Part shown: in pieces, positions 43,901-53,942 of the stretch
Position numbering within the stretch: position 1 is the stretch's first letter
Layout of the letters: every line of letters begins with the position of its first letter
Assembly (NCBI RefSeq): GCF_006345805.1
Contig: NW_021833680.1
Span: 1-56,398 of the forward strand
Source of the DNA: Octopus sinensis
Taxonomy: Eukaryota
Length of the DNA: 56,398 bases
Direction: 5' to 3'
The notes under the pieces: model-generated
The model's input: the letters and a program-made list of their open reading frames with translations, nothing else
Told to the model about the DNA's origin: nothing
Databases searched by the model: none
Made by a program: the position numbers and the translations under genes

Positions 43901-45590
43901 ATTATACGGAGGTACTCAAGGCCAGTGGTTATAACCACTCAAAAATAGAGGTTATAATGCGTTATTGAAGGCCAGATATTATGATGATTCACTCAAGGCC
44001 AGACGTTATGATGAATCATTGAAGGTCAGAAGTTATGCAGAAGTATTCAAGGCCGGAGGTCACAAGGAATTACTCAGGGCCAAAAGTTCTAATGAGTCAG
44101 ACATTAAGTCAGACATTAAGACGAGTCAATTGCACCCAAAGGTTTTACTGAGTCTATTAAAGCCAGGGGTTATGACATATTACTCAAGGCCAACATTTAG
44201 AATAAAGTACTGAAAGCCATAGGATATAGTGAGGCTCTCAAAGCCTGGCTGTATGTTGACATGTTTAAGGCCAGAGGTATTAAGATACTCAAGATCAGAA
44301 ATCCTTGTAAGGCACTAAAGGCCCACAGTTACACTGGGACACTCAACAAGGGAAGTTGTAGTAAAATACACATATCTAGAAGTTTTAGTGACATAGCCAT
44401 GGCCTAAGGTTATTATAATGTACTCAGGTTCGGGGGTTAATTCGAAGTACTCATAGTTAGAGGCTATATCCTGAGGTTCTGAAAATAAGGGTTTTAATAA
44501 CGCGTTAACAGCAAGGGTATATATTGAAACCTCGAACGCCAGCATTTATATGGAAGTTCTGAGTCTCAGCAACAGCAGAGAATATAATGAGATTCTGAAG
44601 GTCAGCTATTATTGTTTGGTACTCCAAACCAGGGGTTATAATGATGTACTGAGGGTCAGTAGTTTTACTGAGGCGCTGGAGGCCAAGGGTTATGGGTAAG
44701 AACTGAAGCTCACGGCTTATATATGGGTACCTTTGGTCGGAGAAGATAGTGAGGTACTCAAGGTCAGTTACGCGAGATCAGGACTCACAATGAGGTATTC
44801 ATGGCCAGGGATTTTAGTGTGGTACTCAAGACCAGAGATTATAGCGAAGGTACTCAATGTCAGAGTTTACAATGAGGTACCCAAGTTAGGAGATACTGAA
44901 GCAGTAAGGCCAGCAGATATAGTGAGGTACTGAAGGTCGTGGTTTATACTGAGGCGCTCAGGGGCAGAGAAGATAGTGAGGTACTCAAGGCCAGGGGTTA
45001 TAATGAATCATTGAAGGTCAGAAGTTATGCGGAAGTATTCAAGACCTAAGGTCACAAGGAATCACTCAGGACCAAAAGTTCAAATGAGTCACTCAAAATC
45101 AGAGATTAAGACGAGTCAATCACGGCCAGAGGTTTTACTGAGTCTATCAAATTATAGCGAGTTACACAGTATGAGTTTATAGTGAGGTGCCCAAGTTGAA
45201 ATATTATATTGAAATGCAAAAGCTAGGAGGTACAGTAAGGTACGGAAAGTACCTGTTGAGGTGCTCAGAGTCAAAGAAGATAGTGAGGTACTCAAGGCCA
45301 GAGTAGTTATAGTTAGTTGCTCGAGATCAGATTTTATAATGTGGTACTGAAGGGCGATAGTTATAGTAAAGTACTCAAGGCTAGACATTATAGTGAGGTA
45401 CTGAAAGCCAGTAGCTGTAGTGAGGTGCACAAAATATTACATTATTTTGAATACAAACCAAACGTGAAAATGACATAGCCAAACCCATTAGCTAAGATGA
45501 AGTACCCAAGGCCAGGGATTTTAGTGAGGTACTAGAGACTGGGGGTTATAATGAGCTGCTCATGGTCAGAGGAGATATTGAAGTACTGAA
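37930..45590. repeat. Diverged 27-bp minisatellite C, consensus CACTCAAGGCCAGAGGTTATAATGAGT (~7.7 kb)
   Basis: Unit visible throughout; + strand translates as SLKARGYNE repeats. Confidence 0.93.
38780..38841 (+). mobile_element. Short non-array insert, probable SINE 3' fragment
   Basis: GTGCCTGGGAGGGTAACTTTCTAGGTGC...CATGACCGAAGAGGGTC does not fit the 27-bp unit. The SINE identity is from recollection only. Confidence 0.4.
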
Positions 45591-45593
45591 ATC

Positions 45594-45732
45594 GTGGCTA
45601 TGGGGTAAGAAGCTTGCTTCCCGACCACATGGTTCTTGGGTTCAATCCCTCTACGTGGCACCTTGGGCAAGTACCTTCTACTTTAGCCTCGAGTCAACCA
45701 AACCCTTGTGAGTGGATTTGATAGACGAAAAC
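45594..45732 (+). mobile_element. tRNA-derived SINE head (GTGGCT...GGTAAGAAGCTTGCTTCC family)
   Basis: B-box GGGTTCAATCC; homologous to 47429-47580. Confidence 0.8.
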
Positions 45733-45741
45733 ATACATACA

Positions 45742-45799
<58 letters not shown>

Positions 45800-45845
45800 G
45801 ATACATATACATGAATATACATAAACATATACACATATGTATGTA

Positions 45846-46262
45846 TTAGACTGGCAACTAAGTTCCCGCTGTTTTTTTAAATCTAAATTTTTTAAAAGGT
45901 TTAATATAAAATAACAACTAATTAATCAATAATGCATTCATCCTTGTTGTTTACAACTTCTTCCCAACGTTCAACAAGATTTTCAATACCACGTTGATAG
46001 AAATCACCCAATTTGGACTCCAAAAATTGGTCCAACCAAGCTCTCAATTCTGCCTCAGTATCGAACGAAACTGCGCATAGCATTTGAAAGTGATCGAAAG
46101 AGGAAGAAATCCGTTGGTGCCAAATGAGGAGAGTACGGCGGGTGTGGCAGCACTTGCCAGCCATGCGTTTGAATGGCTTCCTTGGTCATATTGGCGATAT
46201 GAGGGCGGGCGTTGTCGTGCAGCAGAACTCCATGCTGACGATTAGGTCTTTTCAAAGTATTT
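45846..46262 (-). mobile_element. Mariner (DD34D) transposon 3' fragment with TIR
   Basis: LLHDNARPH...PHPPYSPHLAPTD (34 residues between the Asps), then a frameshifted C-terminus YQRGIENLVERWEEVV. TA plus TIR TTAGACTGGCAACTAAGTTCCCGC at 45844. Confidence 0.88.
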
Positions 46263-46331
46263 GAGAATACTTTGACAGAGTACCACTTAATCTAATATTT
46301 AGTAAATATTTTGGGCATCATACTAATGAGT

Positions 46332-46560
46332 GGCGGCGAGCTGGCAGAATCGTTAGCGCGCAGGGCGAAATGCGTAGCCGTATTTCGTCTGCCGTTACGT
46401 TCTGATTTCAAATTCCGCCGAGGTTGACTTTGCCTTTCATCCTTTCGGGGTCGATTAAATAAGTACCAGTTTCGCACTGGGGTCCATGTAATCGACTTAA
46501 TCCCTTTGTCTGTCCTCGTTTGTCCCCTCTGTGTTTAGCCCCTTGTGGGTAATAAAGAAA
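46332..46560 (+). mobile_element. tRNA-derived SINE (GGCGAGCTGGCAGAA family), full length
   Basis: Close match to 14781 and 47181; ends GCCCCTTGTGGGTAATAAAGAAA. Confidence 0.88.
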
Positions 46561-47180
46561 CGTATAATCTCAAAAAGTTGACCTCATTTCTTTTATTACA
46601 TACCCTGGATAAGATTACCCTAATAAAAGTGGCGGACATAGAAGCGTGTTGTTATAGTTTCATAAGGCGCCTATCTTACTAGTTTGTTATGTTTCTTCGT
46701 TTAAATTACGTCGTAGTATTTTGTCGCCATTGCTACCTCATAACATTTTGTACCTTAACAGGAATTGTATCAGGTGACATTACGTATTTCATCTATAGAA
46801 CACGTATTTCAACTATGCATAAGATATTACATTTATTTACGTTACATATTTCTCGCAATGTTTTGAGAATTTAATTCGTCAGTGTATCTTTGCTCGTTTC
46901 GTTCTCTAATACATTATATAAATTCAACATGAAAGAAAAGTGAACCTGCCTCAGGCTTGATGGTATAAAAGTAATGGAGTCTGGATGAAGCATCGCTAAA
47001 AGAGTTGTTAAAATTGTTTTAGAAAGCCATTATGAAGCAAGTTGGAAATTATAGGAATGAAAACAGAACTAAGGAGTTCCAAAAGGCTCTTTTGGATAAT
47101 AGTAACCCACGTTTTTTTTACCAAAATCTACCAGCATAACTCCAGAGATGATAAGTACTTCTAAAGCTGCACACTAACCA

Positions 47181-47412
47181 GGCAGCGAGCTGGCAGAAAC
47201 GTTAGCACACCGGGCGAAATGCTTAGCGGTATTTCGTCTGCCGTTACGTTCTGAGTTCAAATTCCGCCGAGGTCGACTTTGGCTTTCATCCTTTCGGGGT
47301 CGATTAAATAAGTACCAGTTTTGCACTGGGGTCGATATAATCGACTTAATCCGTTTGTCTGTCCTTGTTTGTCCTCTGTGTGTTTAGCCCCTTGTGGGTA
47401 GTAGAGAAATAG
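47181..47412 (+). mobile_element. tRNA-derived SINE (GGCGAGCTGGCAGAA family), full length
   Basis: Close match to 46332-46560. Confidence 0.88.
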
Positions 47413-47428
47413 GCATATCGTCTGTTTT

Positions 47429-47815
47429 GTAGGCGTAGGAGTGGCTGTGTGGCAAGTAGCTTGCTTATAAACCACATGGTTCCGGGTTCAGTCCCACTGC
47501 GTGACACCTTGGGCAGGTGTCTTCTACTATAGCCTCGGGTCGACCAAAGCCTTGTGAGTGGATTTGGCATACGGAAACATATATGTATATGTATGTGTGT
47601 GTGTATATTTATGTGTTTACCCCCCCCCCCCCCACATCACTTGACAACCAATGCTGGTGTATTTACCTCCCCGTCACTTAGCGGTTCGGCAAAAGATACC
47701 GATAGAATAAGTACTAGGCTTACAAAGAATAAGCCCTGGGGTCGATTTGCTCGACTAAAAGGTGGTGCTCCAGCACGGCCACAGTCAAATGACTGAAATA
47801 AGTAAAAGAGTAAGA
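47429..47815 (+). mobile_element. Composite SINE: tRNA-like head, (TG)/(C)n spacer, LINE-like stem-loop tail
   Basis: Head GGAGTGGCTGTGTGG...GGGTTCAGTCC; tail GGTGGTGCTCCAGCACGGCCACAGTCAAATGACTGAAA followed by an AAGAGT-like repeat. Confidence 0.85.
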
Positions 47816-47949
47816 GTACACAATTTCTGCTGCAATCTATCAAATGCATTGCAAAAGGGATTGACCATACAGACGATATATCCTGGTCTCACACAAAAGA
47901 GGTTTCTGTGAGGGAATCGTCCAACGGGCAACAATATTAGTGTCCAATA

Positions 47950-48240
47950 TGTGCCCACTAACCAGTTGTCCCATTAACGAAGGCTTACGTTGTGTACCAA
48001 ACAGCTTGCAATAAATGTGGCGGGTCCTACATTAGAAGCACAATTCATAAACAGCATATTTGTATTAAGAAACACGTTCACATGAATTATACTCTTAAGA
48101 AATATCTAGAGATTTTTCGAATCCAAAATAAAACACGGTCACCATCGAGGTCACAAAACAGAACATCAGTAATTTGAGGACTAATGAGTTTGTCCTCGTC
48201 AGTAAACTGAATTCATCTATTAACAATAGAAGCTAATTAG
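47950..48240 (+). mobile_element. Degenerate Penelope-like GIY-YIG fragment
   Basis: VYQTACNKCGGSYIRST...HICIKKH matches VY..C..C...YIG.T...R..EH; downstream LVSKLNSSINNRS resembles the PLE C-terminus. Confidence 0.55.
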
Positions 48241-48675
48241 ATTAAGTAGATTAGTATGTTGCGACATCTTCACACATGTCTGTTCAAAAGATGACAGCTC
48301 GTCACTATGCTCAATTTTTAATGATAAAGGGCATTTCAACCAAAAATATTGAAATATAAAATATAAACGTAACATTGTTTAGTTGTCAACTTCACTACAT
48401 CTCCCACTAGCACTTAAAAGAGTTTTAAACAAAATTGATGACTATATGTGTGGACATGCGTGCTTGTATGCATATGTCTGTGTGTTTGTGTGTGCGTGCA
48501 TGTGTATTTTTCCACACGTCAACCTGTGATGCATTTGGAAACACGAGAAAAGTCCAGGGGTCGTTGGATATTTCGAGCATTCAACAATCAGATAACTTCA
48601 GCCAGTTGGTCCAGCCAAGGCTGATCAAGCCCCAGTTTGTGCCCATTTAACATTATCCCTTTCCAGATAACACGA

Positions 48676-48763
<88 letters not shown>

Positions 48764-48774
48764 ATATATATATA

Positions 48775-48955
48775 GATCGTTAGCTCCTACACGCATTTTT
48801 TTCTCTCCTTGTTTTTTCTGTGTATCTTTCTGTCGAAGAGCGTAGGCTCGAAACATAAAAGACTTTTTCTATTCCTGAGCGCCATACTAATACATTTGTT
48901 TGTTTGTACTCCACCTGCCTTCGTCTTTTGCTTATTTTCGTAAACTTTCCCTTTA
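48775..48955 (+). mobile_element. Short hammerhead-like-motif repeat (GAGCGTAGGCTCGAAAC family)
   Basis: TCTTT-CTGTCGAA-GAGC-GTAG-GCTC-GAAA-CA-TA-AAAGA at 48825-48862; flanked by (TA)n. Confidence 0.75.
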
Positions 48956-48957
48956 TA

Positions 48958-48999
<42 letters not shown>

Positions 49000-49074
49000 T
49001 TGAGTTGTTGGGTATCGCACGAGTGGGATTATATAAGAGAAAAGGTTTGAAAATGCAATTTAAACGATGTTTAT

Positions 49075-49119
49075 TTACTTAACCGGTTTCACTCTTTGGT
49101 AAAAGATTGTCAAAAGTAA
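49075..49119 (-). ncRNA. Minimal type I hammerhead motif (U3-A8), left arm of palindrome
   Basis: Reverse complement is identical to the motif at 49971-50015. Confidence 0.6.
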
Positions 49120-49970
49120 CATTGAATATTATGGGTTCAAAAAAAGTTTTTTACATAATTGTCACATTGAATATTATGAATTCAAAAATGTTTTTTTATA
49201 CATAATTGTCACATTACATGTATAAATATAGTATAAAAAAGTTCAATAGTGTGATGAGAATATTTGGAAAAATTGGCAGAAAAGAATAAAACAAATATAT
49301 TATTGGAAATTTGGTTGCGTTAATTATTGGTTGTCGCAAATTGTCACATTACATGTATATATATACAGTCTTTGGTAGAAAGGACATGTTAAAGACATAA
49401 GGAAGTGTATAGTTTGGTGAGAAAGCTTGTAATATTGACAGAGAAAATTAAAATGGATATTTTAGACATCTCAGAATATTTTGAATCGAAGGCGAGATTT
49501 GTTTTTTACTGACCTGTTTGTACCCAAACTGGTACATATCTTTTTTTCTCTCAATTCAACTTTTCTGCTAAAACAAACAGGTCAGTAAAAAACAAATTCT
49601 CGCCTTCGATTCAAAATATTCTGAGATGTCTAAAATATCCATTTTAATTTTCTCTGTCAATATTCAAGCTTTCTCACCAACTATTACACTTCCTTATGTC
49701 TTTAACATGTCCTTTCTACCAAAGACTGTATATATATACATGTAATGTGACAATTTGCGACAACCAATTTAACGCAACCAAATTTCCAATAATATATTTG
49801 TTTTTCTTTTCTGCCAATTTTTCCAAATATTCTCATCACACTATTGAACTTTTTTATACTATATTTATACATGTAATGTGACAATTATGTATAAAAAACC
49901 TTTTTGAATTCATAATATTCAATGTGACAATTATGTAAAAAAACTTTTTTTGAACCCATAATATTCAATG

Positions 49971-50015
49971 TTACTTTTGACAATCTTTTACCAAAGAGTG
50001 AAACCGGTTAAGTAA
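49971..50015 (+). ncRNA. Minimal type I hammerhead motif (U3-A8), right arm of palindrome
   Basis: TTACTT-TTGACAA-TCTTT-TACC-AAAGA-GT-GAAA-CCGG-TT-AAGTAA: 6-bp stem I, palindromic stem III ACCGGT, GUU triplet. Confidence 0.6.
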
Positions 50016-50053
50016 ATAAACATCGTTTAAATTGCATTTTCAAACCTTTTTTC

Positions 50054-50086
<33 letters not shown>

Positions 50087-50118
50087 CACTAACACATACA
50101 CCCGTATATATGTATTAA

Positions 50119-50250
50119 TCAAGATTAATCAGCCGAAATTGCGAGGATGATTCGGTTCTTGACTGAAGATTGAAGGCTTCGAATGTCCCGTCCATGTTTT
50201 TAGTATCGTCTCCTAAATGTTTTACGTTCTTGTCCCAGTTTGTATTTTTT
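50119..50250 (+). repeat. Short interspersed repeat, copy 1 (TCAAGATTAATCAGCCGAAATTGCGAGG family)
   Basis: Near-identical to 52751-52900. Confidence 0.8.
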
Positions 50251-50452
50251 TACATTTACATATATATGTATATATATATATATATACATATATACATATA
50301 TACATATACATAAATACATATATATATATAATGCGTCTATGGTTAACCAAGTTTGATTCATTATCTTTATTTTACTTGCCCACAATAAGTGTGTTATTCT
50401 CGGAGATTATTTATATATATACATCTAAATATATATATGTGTATGTATATTG

Positions 50453-50547
<95 letters not shown>

Positions 50548-51011
50548 TTATGTATGTATATAATACACACACACACACCAAAATATTTGCTACCAACGAC
50601 CTACTCACTAAACGATGCAGTATTCAGGGAACAAATTGTCACTTCCAGCACTCACCCATATACCGAGAAGAAAACAATAACCAGTTTAATAAAACTACTT
50701 AAATAATAATGGCATACAGTTGAGCAAAAGCACAATACACGCTATTTATATCCGCAATCATTAACCACACCTACCAAATAAATTCATTTCGACACAAATT
50801 ATTCAGATATTTGTCGTATTATTAATTTTTCTACAGGCTAACAATGCAAATAAACCTTCATCCTGTTTACTAATAACCATCCGCTGTTTTTCACATATAC
50901 AGACAAGTATTTGTAATTTTATAGATTCACACAACAGGTTTTCTGTATTGGAATTCGCTAGAGAGATGATGGTTTTTCTTTTTTTTATCAAAGAATATCT
51001 GCAAAATTTTC

Positions 51012-51029
51012 CTATCTATCTATCTATCA

Positions 51030-51111
<82 letters not shown>

Positions 51112-51112
51112 T
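51012..51112. repeat. (CTAT)n microsatellite
   Basis: Directly visible. Confidence 0.95.
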
Positions 51113-51186
51113 TATCTCTCTTTCTGCCCGTCTGTCTTTCTCTCTCTATATATATATATACATGTGTGTGCGTGCGTGCGTATATA

Positions 51187-51281
<95 letters not shown>

Positions 51282-51379
51282 ATATATATATAGTTAATCC
51301 AAACATGAAAACACAGAGAAAACACAACAACGCGAGGACTTGGAACAAGTATAATGTTATTGGACGCTCATATATATAA

Positions 51380-51434
51380 ATGAAAGAAGGTTTGAAAATG
51401 CAATTTTTAAAGATGTTTTCAAACCTTCTTTCAT
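51380..51434. repeat. 19-bp perfect inverted repeat with 17-bp loop
   Basis: ATGAAAGAAGGTTTGAAAA (51380-51398) pairs with TTTTCAAACCTTCTTTCAT (51416-51434). Confidence 0.9.
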
Positions 51435-51472
51435 ATATATTTCCACTCGTGCGGTATCTTGCAACTTCACTT

Positions 51473-51508
<36 letters not shown>

Positions 51509-51555
51509 GAAATTTACAAAAGAACAAACGACGAAGACGTTTGTGTGTGTGTGTA

Positions 51556-52490
51556 CAGGTGTTGGACAATATAATGAAAACACCTTAAGATTTCAAACAA
51601 ATTTATTCTAATATCGGGTAGAATAGCCTTTGGCAGGAATTACACCTTGAATTCTACGAGGTATGGACTCATATACAAAGCTTCAATTGTTTCCAAAGGA
51701 ATTTTTGTCCATTCTATCGCTAAAACAGTCTCTTGTTCTTGTAGTGATGATGGTGGAGGATATCGACTCTTTACTTGTTTTTCTAAAATGCACCATAAAT
51801 GTTCAATAATACTGAGATCTGGGGACTATGGTGGCCAGATAAGATGTTCAACTTCACTAGAATGTTCCTCGTGCCATTCGGTAATAACTTTAGCTGTGTT
51901 AATTGGTGCATTATCATCCTGAAAGATTGCGTTTCCCCCCGGAAACAGCTCTGCAACCATAGGATGAATTTGATTAGATAAAATGCTTAGTCTTGACTAT
52001 TAATTCTGCCATGAAGGGAAGCCATTGGGCCGGTGGATTTCCAAGATATAGCCCCTCAGATCATTACAGATCTTCCTCCATGTTTAACAGTTGAAAGAAG
52101 GCAGACTGGGTCAAAAGCTTCTTTTGGCTGTCTCCACACGTATACTCGACCGGTGGTCGAAAATAAGGTAAAGGATGACTCATCCGAGAAAATAATTTTC
52201 TTCCACTGCTCTAGGGACCAATTCTTATGTTTTTACTCCACTCTAAACGCTTTGCAACGTTTGCTTTTGAAGGTGGTGGTTTTCTGATTGCAGCCCTCTC
52301 GTGAAATCCGGCTTTGTGCAGCTCTCGGCGAACAGTTTTTGTGGAAACTGGGTTCTCGAGGTGGTCATTAAGCTCTGCAGTAATTTTGGGAGGTGTACTT
52401 TTGTGATCCTTTCTAACAATTCGCGTAAGAGTCCGACGGTCCCTTTCTGAAAGTTTTGGTTTTCGTCCGGAGTTTTGTTTCGACTAAGAG
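51556..52490 (-). mobile_element. Tc1-like transposon relic (DD36E), 5'-truncated, with 3' TIR
   Basis: Minus strand gives SGRKPKLSERDRR, KIIFSDESSF, VKHGG.SVM, FQDDNAP, WPP*SPDLSIIE with several stops. TA plus TIR CAGGTGTTGGACAA at 51554-51569. Confidence 0.9.
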
Positions 52491-52494
52491 GTAT

Positions 52495-52665
52495 GTATGG
52501 TTCAAATGTACAGAAAACAAAACAAAGGGAGGTGGGGGGACGAGAAGCAGGTGTATTAGTTTGACGCTCAGGAAAAATGGAAACGTTTCGAGCCTATGCT
52601 TTTCGACAGAAGAGGATGAGAGGGGAAAAATGGAGTCAGAGAAAATGTGTCGGGATTAACGGTTA
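52495..52665 (-). mobile_element. Short hammerhead-like-motif repeat (degenerate copy)
   Basis: Reverse complement CTGTCGAAAAGCATAGGCTCGAAACGTT at 52578-52615; abuts the truncated Tc1. Confidence 0.6.
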
Positions 52666-52750
52666 CATACACACACACATGTAGACAGACACACAAATAG
52701 ACAAACTGACAGACAGCCAAATAGAAGATAGACATATATATATATATATA

Positions 52751-52900
52751 TTGGCCAGATTGGAGCAATCTCAAGATTAATCAGCCGAAATTGCGAGGAT
52801 GATCCGGTTCTTGACTGAAGATTGAAGGCTTCGAATGTCCCGTCCGTATTTTTTGTATCTTCTCCTAAATGTTCTGCGTTCTTGTCCCAGTTTGTATTTT
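52751..52900 (+). repeat. Short interspersed repeat, copy 2
   Basis: Near-identical to 50119-50250; follows (TA)n. Confidence 0.8.
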
Positions 52901-53306
52901 TATACATACACACACACGCACACACACGCACACACACACACCACACACACACACATATATATATATATATAGTCATCTAAGAATCCATAAGTCAGCATTT
53001 ACATATTTGTCAATAGAGTGGGTATATTAATCAGTATACAGCATAATGGATCCATTACAGCCGATTTTACAGATTGATTTCTCACTGGGTACAAAAACCG
53101 GATGTGAGGTAACGGCACATTTCGGTAACTTAATCTTACTATTATCTGATATCTAGCTTTAGTACCAAGTGTGAAACTGATTGATAAGATCAGCTGCAAT
53201 GGATATATCATACCGCATACTCTGATCAATACACATATTTACATATGCGCACGCACACACACATACACAACACATATTGTGTGTGTGTGTGTGTGTGTGT
53301 GTGAAA

Positions 53307-53572
53307 GCGCATGGTGTAGTGGTTAGGGTGTTGCACTCACGATTGCGAGATCGTGGGTTCGATTCCCAGACCGAGCGTTGCGTTGTCTTCCTGAACAAAT
53401 CACTTCATTTCCCATTGCTCTGCGATCATTTCGTCATCTGACATGTGGCACCCGGTGCACCTGTACGGGTAATGTAGATTTGATGGAGGGGGGTGAAATT
53501 ATGTGTACACAAACATTTGATCACTATAAACAAACCATCTCTATGGTTGTTGGGTAAGAAATTGTCGAAACC
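53307..53572 (+). mobile_element. tRNA-derived SINE (third head family)
   Basis: A-box TGGTGTAGTGG (53312-53322) and B-box GGTTCGATTCC (53356-53366), followed by ~200 bp of non-tRNA body. Confidence 0.8.
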
Positions 53573-53629
53573 TTATACGTCGTTTAACGACGGAAGATAT
53601 ATATATATGTGTATATATATATATATATA

Positions 53630-53874
53630 CGAAATCAGATCGCCATGTTGATTTGCTAGCTTCTGCACGCATATTTTTTTTCTCTCCTTCTTTCTGTGTT
53701 TTTTCTCTGTGTATCTTTCTGTTGAAGAGCGTAGGCTCGAAACGTTAAGACTTGTTTTTTTATATTTCCTGAGCGCCATACTAATACAATTGTTTGTTTG
53801 TATTCCACCTGCCTTCGTCTTTTGTTTATTCCGTAACCTGCCTTCGTCTTTTGTCTATTTCATAAAGCTTCCCG

Positions 53875-53877
<3 letters not shown>
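53630..53877 (+). mobile_element. Short hammerhead-like-motif repeat (GAGCGTAGGCTCGAAAC family)
   Basis: TCTTT-CTGTTGAA-GAGC-GTAG-GCTC-GAAA-CG-TT-AAGA at 53714-53751; internal 17-bp duplication CCTGCCTTCGTCTTTTG. Confidence 0.75.
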
Positions 53878-53907
<30 letters not shown>

Positions 53908-53911
53908 TATA

Positions 53912-53942
<31 letters not shown>

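Larger units (their letters stand above)
49030..50060. repeat. Long near-perfect inverted repeat (~490-bp arms, 53-bp spacer)
   Basis: Left arm 49030-49520 is the reverse complement of 49574-50060 apart from a few small indels and substitutions; spacer 49521-49573. Confidence 0.95.

Noticed and set aside
14950-45590. Tandem 21-bp and 27-bp arrays as CRISPR arrays
   Set aside because: Units are contiguous and degenerate with no unique spacers, there are no cas genes, and the context is eukaryotic.
52995-53240. Unique block with short ORFs on the minus strand
   Set aside because: No recognisable domain and no clear splice signals.
53307-53380. Possible tRNA gene
   Set aside because: A and B boxes are present but I could not build an acceptor stem, and it continues into a SINE-like body.
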